A program made the position numbers and the translations under genes. From Ignavibacteriota bacterium (GTDB taxonomy: Bacteria > Bacteroidota > Ignavibacteria > UBA10030 > BY39): DNA of 64,000 nucleotides. Under the pieces are notes generated by a model. The model was given only the letters and a program-made list of their open reading frames with translations. It made no database searches and was not told the DNA's origin. This document shows, one piece after another, positions 8,201 through 17,779 of the stretch. How positions within the stretch are numbered: position 1 is the stretch's first letter; each line of letters begins with the position of its first letter. The stretch covers positions 1,037-65,036 of the forward strand of contig QOQV01000004.1 of the NCBI GenBank assembly GCA_003327435.1. Direction: 5' to 3'.

Positions 8201-10549
8201 TTATTTAATTTTACAGGATTCAATAACTAATTCTTCTTTTTCTTTTTGAACTGAACCCCTTTCGCCTTTTCGCGTTAATTTATGACCAAGCAAAACCCTT
8301 TCAAGGTTTGCTGGTAATTCATAAATTCGCTTCCCTGTTGCATTATAGATCGCGTTAACGATTGCAGGTGCAGCAATTTCGTTGGTCGGTTCACCTATGG
8401 ATTTTGCTCCAAATGGTCCGGTAGAATCTTCATTCTCAACAATTATTGCTCGAACATTTGGGACATCCATAGCAGTTGGTAAAAGATATTCATCAAAATT
8501 TAATTGCTTTGGAATTCCATCTTCAATTTCAAATTCTTCAAGCAACCCATATCCTAAACCCATAGCAACACCACCGTAAAATTGTCCTAACACAGTTTGT
8601 CTATTGATAGCTCTACCTACATCGTGAGCGGAGACAAAATCTACCACATTAACTTTACCGGTTTCTGTGTCGACTTCAACTTCAGCAATGTTTGTTCCGT
8701 ACACAAAAGTAAAGTAAGCAATTCCCTGACCGTGTTCTTCGTCCCAGCTTGTTTGTGGAGATTTGTACCATCCGAAACCATACATTGGTCTGCCTTTTTT
8801 AAAGCATTCAGCTGCAAGTTCTGAGAAAGAAGCAAGTCGTTCACCAGAATCTTTATCGATTAAATAATTATCTTTCAAGTCGAGAACCTGAACATCATAA
8901 CCCGTCATTTCCGATGCGACACTTAGCAAAGTTGAGCGGACGATTTCAGCAGCACGCTTGGCGGCGTAACCACCCATAATTGTTCCTCTTGATGCAACTG
9001 TTGGTCCAGAGTCAGGTACACGACTCGTATTAGTGTTTAAGAAAACAATTCGATCCATCGTAATGCCTAAAACTTCAGCAGCAATCTGACACATCTGAGT
9101 TTGTGCACCCTGTCCCATATCAGTAATTCCAGAAGATACGATTACACTTCCATCTGTCTGGACTGAGACGATTGTACCAGCTGCATCTGTTCCTTCTGCC
9201 CCAAGCGAAACACCTCGATAACTGCAGGCAAGTCCAATACCTCTTCTGATTGGTGAATCCTGAGCCGATTTGTATTGTCTCCACTTGTTTTGAAAATCTA
9301 TTTCCTTTGCAGCTTTAGTAAGTACTTCTTTTAAGCTTACATTATGATCTAATGTTTGTCCTGTGGCTGTTATGGCACCTCTTTCAAATCCGTTCTGTAA
9401 TCTTATTTCAAGGGGGTCCTTACCAACTTTTTCTGCAATAATGTCCATCATCGATTCAATTGCAAAATTCACCTGTGGTGAACCAAACCCCCTCATAGCT
9501 CCGGTGTAATTATTGTTTGTATAAACAGCGTAAACATCTGTTTTAACATTTTCACAATAATACGGACCTGTTGCCTGAACAACTGAGCGCCAGGTTACAA
9601 ACGGACTCATCGAAGCATATGCGCCTCCATCAGCATATATTTTAATTTCCATTGCTGTGATTGAACCATCTTTTTTTATTCCCCATTTATAATACATCGT
9701 ATATGGATGGCGCTTGTAACTTTCGAGCATTGATTCTTCTCGAGTATTCACCATCTTGACTGGTTTTCCTGTTTTGAGAGCAAGCAGTGCGGCACGGCAA
9801 CACATTGAAGTCATAACTTCATCTTTCCCACCAAAAGAACCACCAAGCGTTGCTTGGATAATTTGAACTTTATTAAGCGGCAAATTCAATGCTGCTGCAA
9901 CAGAGCGACGACTTGAGAAAAGATTCTGTACAGAACCAATAATTCGGACCCCACCATGTTCAGATGGCTCAGCGAGAACTGCCTCCGGCTCAAGATATGA
10001 GTGCTCGATAAATTGGGTTTTAAATTTTTTTTCGATTATAAATTCTGCTTCTGCAAAACCTTTTTCAATATCTCCTTTTCGAACTTTATGATGAACAAAA
10101 ACATTATCATCCCCATGAATTTTTGGAGCATCAGGGTGAGCTGCGTCTTCTGGATCTGTGACAACAGGTAAAGGTTCATATTCAACTTCAATCAGTTCAA
10201 GAGCTTCTTCTGCAATTTCTTTAGTTTTGGCTGCAACAAGAGCAACGCCATCACCAAGGTAGCGCACCCTATCCTCAGCCAAAATTGCCTGATTTTGAAC
10301 CACAATACCAAAAACTTTACTCCCCGGAATATCTTTAGCCGTAAGTACAGCTTCCACACCAGGAAGTTTTTCAGCCTTTGAAGTATCAATCTTTAAGATT
10401 TTCGCATGTGGATGCTTTGCTCGCAACACTTTACCATAAAGTTGATGAGCAACATTGTAATCTTCTGCGAATTTAGCTTTACCTGTAACTTTACCAAGAG
10501 CATCAACTCGGCTTTCAGGTTTTCCAATTATTTTATAATTTTGTTCCAT
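8201..10549 (-). CDS. molybdenum hydroxylase molybdopterin-binding subunit (xanthine dehydrogenase family)
   Basis: RVDALGKVTG, GGSFGGK, AMRGFGSPQ, DMGQG, ASRGT, GPFGAKSIGE. Confidence 0.92.
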   Translation of the reverse strand: MEQNYKIIGKPESRVDALGKVTGKAKFAEDYNVAHQLYGKVLRAKHPHAKILKIDTSKAEKLPGVEAVLTAKDIPGSKVFGIVVQNQAILAEDRVRYLGDGVALVAAKTKEIAEEALELIEVEYEPLPVVTDPEDAAHPDAPKIHGDDNVFVHHKVRKGDIEKGFAEAEFIIEKKFKTQFIEHSYLEPEAVLAEPSEHGGVRIIGSVQNLFSSRRSVAAALNLPLNKVQIIQATLGGSFGGKDEVMTSMCCRAALLALKTGKPVKMVNTREESMLESYKRHPYTMYYKWGIKKDGSITAMEIKIYADGGAYASMSPFVTWRSVVQATGPYYCENVKTDVYAVYTNNNYTGAMRGFGSPQVNFAIESMMDIIAEKVGKDPLEIRLQNGFERGAITATGQTLDHNVSLKEVLTKAAKEIDFQNKWRQYKSAQDSPIRRGIGLACSYRGVSLGAEGTDAAGTIVSVQTDGSVIVSSGITDMGQGAQTQMCQIAAEVLGITMDRIVFLNTNTSRVPDSGPTVASRGTIMGGYAAKRAAEIVRSTLLSVASEMTGYDVQVLDLKDNYLIDKDSGERLASFSELAAECFKKGRPMYGFGWYKSPQTSWDEEHGQGIAYFTFVYGTNIAEVEVDTETGKVNVVDFVSAHDVGRAINRQTVLGQFYGGVAMGLGYGLLEEFEIEDGIPKQLNFDEYLLPTAMDVPNVRAIIVENEDSTGPFGAKSIGEPTNEIAAPAIVNAIYNATGKRIYELPANLERVLLGHKLTRKGERGSVQKEKEELVIESCKIK

Positions 10550-11443
10550 TTTGTTGATAAATATAATTAAATTTTTACGAAAATCATAAATTGTAAGAGA
10601 AACAAAAAAAGATGCTTATTTTCTTGATATTATTTAGATAAGATAAATCGGTTCAAAAACTTAGAATCAATACTTATATGATTTAATTACATGCTATAAT
10701 TATATTTTCTGGATCCTTTAATAAACTTATTTTAGCTAATGTAATTTTGCTATCCCTTTAAACTTATAAGAAAAAATTATCCCTTGGAAATGTTTCTTCT
10801 GAATTTCGCTTTTAGAGCAAGTAATATTTTTTGCATATATAAGATATCAATAGCTTTTTGACAATAATCATCCAATCCTTCATCAATAGAGCTACTTTTA
10901 TTGGATTTAAACAGGTGAGCTATATGCTAATTATACAACAATTTGCTTTTGTATCTGCAACGATAAAAATTATGGCATAATCCACAAAGTATTATTTCTG
11001 GTCAATACATCTGATGAAGACGCAATTATTTTAAAAAAGTATTAAGAGACTTTTTATCTTATCATCAGTTCTTTGTGTTGCATCTAATCATTCATTTTTT
11101 TTGCCAGTATAAAGTATCCGCTCCAGAGTATCTTCAGCAGGTCTTGTGAGAAGATATTCGAATGTTTTCTTTACCCAGGTATGACTGGATACAGTTCCGC
11201 ACATTTCCATGATGTTCATTTTCAGGGTTCGGTTTTCAAAATTGCAATTGAGGAAAAGACCATACTCTAAAAAGCTCCAACCTGTTGCTTCCAATTTGAG
11301 CTTTTCGTTTTGAAGTCGGATCGTACGTAAGGAGATATATATTGTAAAAAATTTAATCCTTCTACGATAGATAATTCATTGCATAATAACTAAATATAAA
11401 AGCATCGATTGATTACGAACTTAATAGCTTGATCAATCAATTA

Positions 11444-11710
11444 CTATTTGTATTTGATAATATCGCCTTCGATAATGCTGACTCGAGTATTATAAATACC
11501 ACCGACAAGGGCACCAATAACAATATCAATGAAATCATATTTGGTTTCAATTTTTAGATTGATCACAGCATCTCCTCCTGACGCCTTTAATTCGTTTGAG
11601 ACAATCTCATTAATATTTGTATGTCCGGACGGGATAAGACCTAAAATAAACCAGCCAGATCGATCGGTAATAGAGAAATGTTTAATAACAGTGTATTCTC
11701 TTGTTTCAGC
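11444..11710 (-). pseudogene. 5'-truncated small Bor/TRL-like (lipo)protein gene remnant
   Basis: Open frame with no start codon: AETREYTVIKHFSITDRSGWFILGLIPSGHTNINEIVSNELKASGGDAVINLKIETKYDFIDIVIGALVGGIYNTRVSIIEGDIIKYK*. The WFILGL and GGIY motifs are Bor-like. The 5' end is lost at the palindromic repeat. Confidence 0.5.
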
Positions 11711-11711
11711 T

Positions 11712-11731
11712 GCGGATCCGCCTCTGGCGGA
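11712..11731. repeat. miniature GC-rich palindromic element GCGGATCCGCCTCTGGCGGA (DPPLA/SARGGS-encoding type)
   Basis: Perfect palindrome GCGGATCCGC (11712-11721) overlapping the hairpin TCCGCC-TCT-GGCGGA (11717-11731), set in very AT-rich DNA. Confidence 0.65.
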
Positions 11732-11734
11732 AAA

Positions 11735-11806
11735 CTACTGCCACTTGGCGGGCAAGATTTCAAAAGAAATTTTGTTTATAATGTTTTGGAGATATAACTC
11801 GGACAT
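11735..11806 (-). pseudogene. 5' stub of a type III restriction (Res) helicase gene
   Basis: MSELYLQNIINKISFEILPAKWQ*F resembles the recalled N-terminus of Res subunits (LQ.II..I.FE.LPA.WQ.F). It starts 1 nt after the GATase stop and ends at the mini-repeat. Confidence 0.5.
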
Positions 11807-11807
11807 A

Positions 11808-12530
11808 TTAAATCTCAACAGATTCGCCGTTTTTAAATATTTTTTAAACCTTTAAACTTTTCCCAGTTTTCTTCTTTTGTTAAAGGTTATGTAGCAACAA
11901 TTACTGCTTTCTGATCAGGGCTCTTAATTTCTTGAAGATGTAAATGATAGCCATCAACTTTCAATGTCACCTCTTGAAATGGGTGTTTTCTTCTTGTGTA
12001 ATACAAGCTATCATCTCCAAAAGCAAAGAGATATTCCCCGTTAGATAATAAAAAATTTAAATTTCCCAAATTATAGATTCGCGAAGCTTCTAATTTAAGG
12101 GTTTTAGCAATTTCTGTAAGATCAGTCTTTTCATAAATTTTATCTAATAGGTAGCAAAAAGAATGTTAGGAGTCTGTGTCGCCTTCAGTATAAAAATTAT
12201 TTAAAGGAAAATTTTTTATATCTATTACAGTTCCGTTGTGTGCAAAGCTCCACTTTTCCCGAACAAAAGGATGCGTATTACGATGAATCTTTTTACCGCA
12301 ACTTGCAAGCTGAACATGACCAATAATAATTTTACTCCTTAAGTTAAATTCTTTCTGAGCAATATTTTGGTTAAGCAAAGAGGAAGGTTCTTTGAATAAA
12401 TCCGGTTTTCATTACTCTAAAAAACAAAGCCGAATCCATGCGGATTACTCTTGCCTCTTTTACTAAACTCCCTTAAAGAAAACGCAATATCAACATATTT
12501 ATTTGAGCATACACCTAACAATTGACACAT
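11808..12530 (-). pseudogene. class II glutamine amidotransferase (YafJ/EgtC-like) pseudogene
   Basis: Starts MCQLLG (Cys nucleophile) at 12530 and retains NTHPF, FAHNGT, GDTDS, LNFLLSNG and VAT.PLT. Carries several frameshifts, and TAA stops where Glu is expected (12166, 11887). Confidence 0.8.
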
Positions 12531-12534
12531 AGAT

Positions 12535-12642
12535 TTATCCCCACTAAGTTAATAGTTTAATAAGTTTATAATACAAATTTTCAACATCTATCCCACTTCC
12601 ATCCTCAAAAACAAAACTTTTGACTTTTTTACCCACACCGAT
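12535..12642 (-). pseudogene. 3' stub of a type III R-M Mod methyltransferase gene
   Basis: IGVGKKVKSFVFEDGSGIDVENLYYKLIKLLT*WG* resembles the recalled Mod-family C-terminus FEDG..ID..NLDYKLIKPLIWW, with a TGG>TAG lesion. Confidence 0.55.
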
Positions 12643-12643
12643 A

Positions 12644-13315
12644 TTATAACCTCAATAGGTATCCATTGTTTTTTAACCATTCTCTGGAGTTTTCATAATT
12701 TGGCAGTAGCATTTTTACTTTATTCCAAAAAATCTTTGAATGATTTTTTTCTTCGAGATGTACAAGTTCATGGACAACAACATAATCTATTACAGGAAGT
12801 GGAGCCATAATTAATCGCCACGAAAAATTCAAGTTTCCTTTTGGAGAACAGGAGCCCCATCTTATATTTGCATCTGTGATGCGAATTTTATTGAACTCAA
12901 ATCCTCTTTTTTGAGCATACAATTTAATTCTCTCAGAAATCTTTTCATAAGCTCTTTCTTTATACCAGTTGATAAATAACTGCCTTGCCATTGGCTGATA
13001 ATTCCTCAAAAGAAAGAAACCATTATTAAACTTTAGTGGTATATCCTGCTCGTTAACAATGTATAATTTGTATGATTTTCCAAGATAAAGAAATCCCTCT
13101 CCATTTACAAACTCTTTTTCTGCAAATTGTGGGTCCCTGCTTAGCACCTCATTTTTCTTTTTTTCAATCCATTTTAGATGTTTAGTAACGACTTTGTTTA
13201 TAGTTTCTTCACTTACTTCAAAAGGTGCCCTAACTATAAGAGTCACATCATCAGTTAACTGAAGAGCTATTGTCTTTCTTTTTGACCGAATTATTTTATC
13301 AATTTTGACCTGCAT
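12644..13315 (-). CDS. M48/YgjP (DUF45) zinc metallopeptidase-like protein associated with type I R-M
   Basis: RSKRKTI, RWGSCS, DYVVVHELVHL (HExxH), NHS..FW. Confidence 0.85.
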   Translation of the reverse strand: MQVKIDKIIRSKRKTIALQLTDDVTLIVRAPFEVSEETINKVVTKHLKWIEKKKNEVLSRDPQFAEKEFVNGEGFLYLGKSYKLYIVNEQDIPLKFNNGFFLLRNYQPMARQLFINWYKERAYEKISERIKLYAQKRGFEFNKIRITDANIRWGSCSPKGNLNFSWRLIMAPLPVIDYVVVHELVHLEEKNHSKIFWNKVKMLLPNYENSREWLKNNGYLLRL

Positions 13316-13318
13316 TTA

Positions 13319-16300
13319 TTAATTTTTACCTCCATAAATATGATATGCGAGCTCTAACAATCTTTGAGCTATTTCATTTCTTTTGTTCAATAAATCAACA
13401 TTCCGTGGTTGTTTTAATAAGTGGGAAATTATAAATGATTTTAATTTTTTTTGCTTTGTGTAGTTTTCCCAGAAATCAACTGATGATATTTCTCTTTTGA
13501 TGATTTCTATTACATCTTTGGTTAAACTAACTAAAAAATCAATTTGATTTTCATCATAATTTTCTATAGGTTCTTTACCCAGAATCATCTGTTTCAGTAA
13601 TCCAAAAAATGGCATTTCTTTTTTGGGATCAAAGCCAAAGGTTTGTTCGAACTCTCTTCCTTTTTTAATTTCACCTGTAAGTTTTTCCAATTCCTGAGCC
13701 AGCATATCCCAATTTTCTTTATATTCTTCCAGCAACCTTTTCAACTTATCTGAAAAACGCTCATATAACTCCGGGTCTTCCTCAAAATGTTTCTCAATAT
13801 GTTCTCTTATTGCATATTCCAATTCTGTTGATTTTGCTTTTGAAGTTTTTCCATGTAATTTAGATATAAAATCTTCTGAAAGCAAGGAAATAGGCGAAAT
13901 CTTTGGATCAACTCCATTTGATATTAAATATTCCTCCACAATTTCTCTTATCTTTTTACTCGCATCTTTTATGCTCAGTTTATCATCCCTGTATCTCTGT
14001 CTTGCAGATTCTTTTATAAAGTTGATAATCTTTAAATCCGTTGTATATTTTAATGCTTCTGGATCTGGAAGCACCTTATCCATTGCCTTATTGAAATCGC
14101 GAACAAGCGCTATAAATTCATCTCTTATTTCTTCATCAACCAGCAAATCAACACATTCTTCGAGATTTTCTCGCCAGTTATCAATTTCAAATTTTTTGAA
14201 AAAATTTTCAATCTGACTGTGTGTATATTTTAATTCATCTTTGGTTTTTGACTTATTGACAACAACCTGACATATTTCTTCAATATCATCATCTGCGTAT
14301 ATTGCAAGAGCCTCTTTTAAATGTTTTAAAACTCCAACATAATCAACAACAAAACCGCACGATTTGTTTTTGTAAACCCTATTAACTCTTGCAATTGCCT
14401 GTAATAGATTATGTTCTTTTATAACATTATCAAGATACATAACTTGTTCTATCGGTGCGTCAAAACCTGTAATAAGCATTTCTTTTACCACGATGATTCC
14501 AACATCTCCGCTTATTCCAGTTTTATCATCTTTTTTATCAAATGGCATTTTGAAACTTTTAATATTTTTATCGTGTTCATCTTTATCTATAAATTCTCTC
14601 TTGAAAATTTTTGGATCATCGTTTGACAAACCAGTTATAATAACAGCGACTTTAAGTTTTTTAAGTGTATCTATATCAAGATTATCAGGGTTATTTTTTT
14701 CCAGTTCTTTTATTTTTTCTTTAAGTGCATTTTCAAGCTTTTCTTTATATCTTATTGCTGCAAGTCTTGACGCAGCAACCACCTGAGCTTTAAAACCATT
14801 TGGAAAAACATGGGTTATATAATGTTCTATCATATCCTTTGCTTTATCTCTTATCACATTCTCATCTTCAAGATAGGCGCGCCATGTGTATTTCCCCATT
14901 ATTCGCTGTCTTTCCTCAGCATCAACTGCATGAAAAACATCCTCAAATTTTGCATTGGCTGCTTCTTCATCTGATAGCTCTGCAGAATGTGTTCTGCCTT
15001 CGTAAACGATTTCAACTGTTACACCATCATCAATAGATTGCCTTATGGTATATTTATCAATGTATTCTCCAAAAGTGATCTCAGTTTTCTCAATCGGGGT
15101 GCCTGTAAATGCTATTTTTATTGAGTTTGGAAGTGCTTTTCTTAGATTAGCTCCTAAATATTTATACTGAGTCCTGTGAGCTTCATCTATCATGACAAGA
15201 ATCTTGTGTGATTTATTAAGTTCTGGAAATTCGGTTTTAAGTTCTCTATCCTGAAATTTATGTATCATTGCCATTACTAAATCGGGTGTATCTGTCCTGA
15301 GAAGTTCTTTTAATTTTTCAATGCTGTAGGCGTGCTTGATAGTATAACCAACACTTCTTGAAGTATCTTTAAGTTGCTTTTCAAGTTGTTCTCTATCTGT
15401 TACAAAAATTATTTTAAAACCACTAAGTTCAGGATCATGATAAATTGCTCTTACTGTATGCATCATTGTTAAAGATTTACCTGATCCCTGTGTATGCCAA
15501 ACTATTCCACCTTTTTCTTCTGTCGTTCTTCCTTCCTTTAGTCTTTTTACTATTTTTTTCACAGTCCTGAATTGTTGATATCGTGGGGCTATTTTTATTA
15601 CTCCCATGCCTTTGGGATCTTCAACAAAAAGGGTAAAAATACGAAGAATATCCAATAAATTACCTTTTGTAAGTGTACCCTGAACTAAAACATCCTGACC
15701 TGTAATGGTTTTCTCCTTGCTTATATCAGAAAGGTTATAAGGATACGGATCTTTCCATTCATTGAAATGATCATATTCAGATGTTATAGTACCTAATTTT
15801 GCCATCTGATTGGATGTGGCAATTGTAAACAGGTTATACCAGAAAATTTTTTCATTTCCTTCTTTCTCGCCTCTTCTGTTTGAATATCTCATAAGTTGCG
15901 TTATTGCTTCGTTTACAGGGTCTGCAATTGCTGGAGATTTACACTCTACAACAACCAAAGGCAAACCATTGACAAAAAGGACCATATCAGGGATTATATG
16001 CTTTTCAGTGCCTGGAATATTCACTTTAAATTGAGAAATAGCAATAAAAGAATTGTTTTCTGGGTTTTGAAAATCAATGTATTTTACTGTTGGGCTTCTT
16101 TCCCCTGTTTTTCTATTTTCTGAAACAGAAGTATTTTCTAAAAGTAAATCGTTGATTTCTCTGTTTGCTTCAAGTAAAGAATTTGCTTGTGGTGTTGTTA
16201 TTCTTCGCACCACTTCGCTTATCTGGTCATCTTCTATCCATGGGTTTATTTTTTTAAGAGATTCTTTAATTTCATTTTCAAGAATAACTTCTCTAAAGCT

Positions 16301-16477
16301 TTCCCTAAACTTCACACTATCACCATAAACAGGTTCGCCGTTACTATTAAATTTGATAATTTCTTTTACATCTTCTGGATTATCTTTATTTTGTCTGTAA
16401 ATCTTCCAGCCAATCCTTTGAAGATGTGCAAGCAATGGATTTTCTACATAATGTTCTTCGTCAAGTTTGGTGTACAT
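13319..16477 (-). CDS. hsdR: type I restriction enzyme R subunit
   Basis: PD..L.VNGLPL.VVECK nuclease motif, WHTQGSGKS, IDEAHR, FTGTP, MLITGFDAP, QAIARVNR. Confidence 0.95.
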   Translation of the reverse strand: MYTKLDEEHYVENPLLAHLQRIGWKIYRQNKDNPEDVKEIIKFNSNGEPVYGDSVKFRESFREVILENEIKESLKKINPWIEDDQISEVVRRITTPQANSLLEANREINDLLLENTSVSENRKTGERSPTVKYIDFQNPENNSFIAISQFKVNIPGTEKHIIPDMVLFVNGLPLVVVECKSPAIADPVNEAITQLMRYSNRRGEKEGNEKIFWYNLFTIATSNQMAKLGTITSEYDHFNEWKDPYPYNLSDISKEKTITGQDVLVQGTLTKGNLLDILRIFTLFVEDPKGMGVIKIAPRYQQFRTVKKIVKRLKEGRTTEEKGGIVWHTQGSGKSLTMMHTVRAIYHDPELSGFKIIFVTDREQLEKQLKDTSRSVGYTIKHAYSIEKLKELLRTDTPDLVMAMIHKFQDRELKTEFPELNKSHKILVMIDEAHRTQYKYLGANLRKALPNSIKIAFTGTPIEKTEITFGEYIDKYTIRQSIDDGVTVEIVYEGRTHSAELSDEEAANAKFEDVFHAVDAEERQRIMGKYTWRAYLEDENVIRDKAKDMIEHYITHVFPNGFKAQVVAASRLAAIRYKEKLENALKEKIKELEKNNPDNLDIDTLKKLKVAVIITGLSNDDPKIFKREFIDKDEHDKNIKSFKMPFDKKDDKTGISGDVGIIVVKEMLITGFDAPIEQVMYLDNVIKEHNLLQAIARVNRVYKNKSCGFVVDYVGVLKHLKEALAIYADDDIEEICQVVVNKSKTKDELKYTHSQIENFFKKFEIDNWRENLEECVDLLVDEEIRDEFIALVRDFNKAMDKVLPDPEALKYTTDLKIINFIKESARQRYRDDKLSIKDASKKIREIVEEYLISNGVDPKISPISLLSEDFISKLHGKTSKAKSTELEYAIREHIEKHFEEDPELYERFSDKLKRLLEEYKENWDMLAQELEKLTGEIKKGREFEQTFGFDPKKEMPFFGLLKQMILGKEPIENYDENQIDFLVSLTKDVIEIIKREISSVDFWENYTKQKKLKSFIISHLLKQPRNVDLLNKRNEIAQRLLELAYHIYGGKN

Positions 16478-16480
16478 ATC

Positions 16481-17779
16481 TTATACCTCTTTTTCTTTAA
16501 TTAACTTATTCACCCTCACCTTTCCAGTAAGTAAATCTTCCATTAAGCCTTTTTTGAAACGCTCAAGTTTTTGTTTGTAGGCTTCTTCTTTTTCTATGGT
16601 GTTGTCTATCTGTGAAAGAATTTCAGCAATGCGCTTTTGTTCGGAAAGTGGGGGGAGGGGGATAAATGCATTTTCTATTGTTTCTTTTGTTATTCCAAAC
16701 CTGGTAATTCCGTTTGCCTGTTTCTGAAAATGTATATTTATTGAAGGGAAAGCTAAAATTCTAGATAAAAACAATCCTTCAATATTATCTTTAACTTTTA
16801 ATAAAGCTAAGTGATAACCACAAACTAAATTATCAATTTCATCTCTAACATAAGCAGATTTGGCAATATCATTAAATTCTTCTGAATCTTTGGTGATAAT
16901 AACATCTCCTTTAGAAATTTTAAATTTTTCAATTTCTCTATTATTTGCTGAACCAACCATAAAGTTTAATTTTTTTGTAACATAGTCATTTTGATAAACT
17001 TCTAAATAATTACAAAGTAAAACTTTTTTTTCTCTGTCAAAAATTTTTTTATCAACATTACTTAACCTAAGATCTACTACCTCCCCCAATCTCACCACTT
17101 CCCACTCTTCTGGAATTTTGCCGAGGGGGGAGTTTTTGAATTTGTGGGTTTTTTCGCTGCGGATTTTGCCATTTTCATCAATGCCTTTTGTGAGTAAATC
17201 CTGCATCAAGCCCTGTTTGATACGTTTGTATTTCTCAATGATTTTGTCGGTTTTTTCAATTGCACGGTCAACAGTTTCTAAAATTTCGGCAATTTTTTGC
17301 TGCTCGTGGAATTCTATGGGATAAGTTATAAAAATTCTTTCAAAATCATCATTTGAGATAGCTTCTTGCGTTGTTCCTTCTGCTAACAAATCCTTTTGTC
17401 GATTAAATCTATCACTTAGAAAGTATTGAAATACATATCTAGGATTAATAGTAGTTTCAATCATTGCAAATCCCGTAGATAAAATATATTCTTTTTCTAA
17501 CTCCTCGTTTATTAATAAAACCTTAATAGAATTTCTCATTTTAGCAAATGCAATTCTATCTTTCTTTGGTTGCATATTAGCCCGTGAAGGTCGATTGCGA
17601 TAACTTATTATTTCTTCTATATGAGTTATTTGAGAATATTGAACAGAATTTGTTGACAAATAATTTTTATATCCTTGAAAGTATTCTATACCACTTCCAA
17701 CAATCTTAAAAAATTCTTTTTCCCCCAACCTTACCCTTTTCCACCCTTCAGGCACTTTTGTATTTTCATTCATGTGCAT
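16481..17779 (-). CDS. hsdS: type I R-M specificity subunit (true start may be ATG 17773)
   Basis: Two TRDs, each preceded by P.gW..VRLGE and followed by EQ.kIAEIL...K.GLM.DLLT conserved helices. Confidence 0.93.
   Translation of the reverse strand: MHMNENTKVPEGWKRVRLGEKEFFKIVGSGIEYFQGYKNYLSTNSVQYSQITHIEEIISYRNRPSRANMQPKKDRIAFAKMRNSIKVLLINEELEKEYILSTGFAMIETTINPRYVFQYFLSDRFNRQKDLLAEGTTQEAISNDDFERIFITYPIEFHEQQKIAEILETVDRAIEKTDKIIEKYKRIKQGLMQDLLTKGIDENGKIRSEKTHKFKNSPLGKIPEEWEVVRLGEVVDLRLSNVDKKIFDREKKVLLCNYLEVYQNDYVTKKLNFMVGSANNREIEKFKISKGDVIITKDSEEFNDIAKSAYVRDEIDNLVCGYHLALLKVKDNIEGLFLSRILAFPSINIHFQKQANGITRFGITKETIENAFIPLPPLSEQKRIAEILSQIDNTIEKEEAYKQKLERFKKGLMEDLLTGKVRVNKLIKEKEV

Noticed and set aside
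162-10549. Selenocysteine read-through in the purine cluster
   Set aside because: All ORFs appear full length, with no in-frame TGA at a catalytic position.
10550-10800. Purine riboswitch upstream of the xdh operon
   Set aside because: No purine-aptamer consensus or stable stems; the sequence is simply AT-rich.
10670-11330. Short open frames (including track ORF 11088-11294 and a TPR-like DEGLDDYCQKAIDI stretch) and a possible second attC near 10830-10930
   Set aside because: No recognisable family, no credible starts and poor hairpin pairing; probably decayed DNA.
11738-11753. Second palindromic element CTGCCACTTGGCGGGC
   Set aside because: Better explained as the LPAKWQ codons of the res stub.
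11529-11855. 108-aa plus-strand ORF
   Set aside because: Antisense shadow of the minus-strand remnants; its DPPLAE comes from the mini-repeat.
16650-16661. G6-A-G5 tract in hsdS as a phase-variation switch
   Set aside because: Runs are short and encode the conserved IPLPP motif; no silent hsdS copies or invertase are present.
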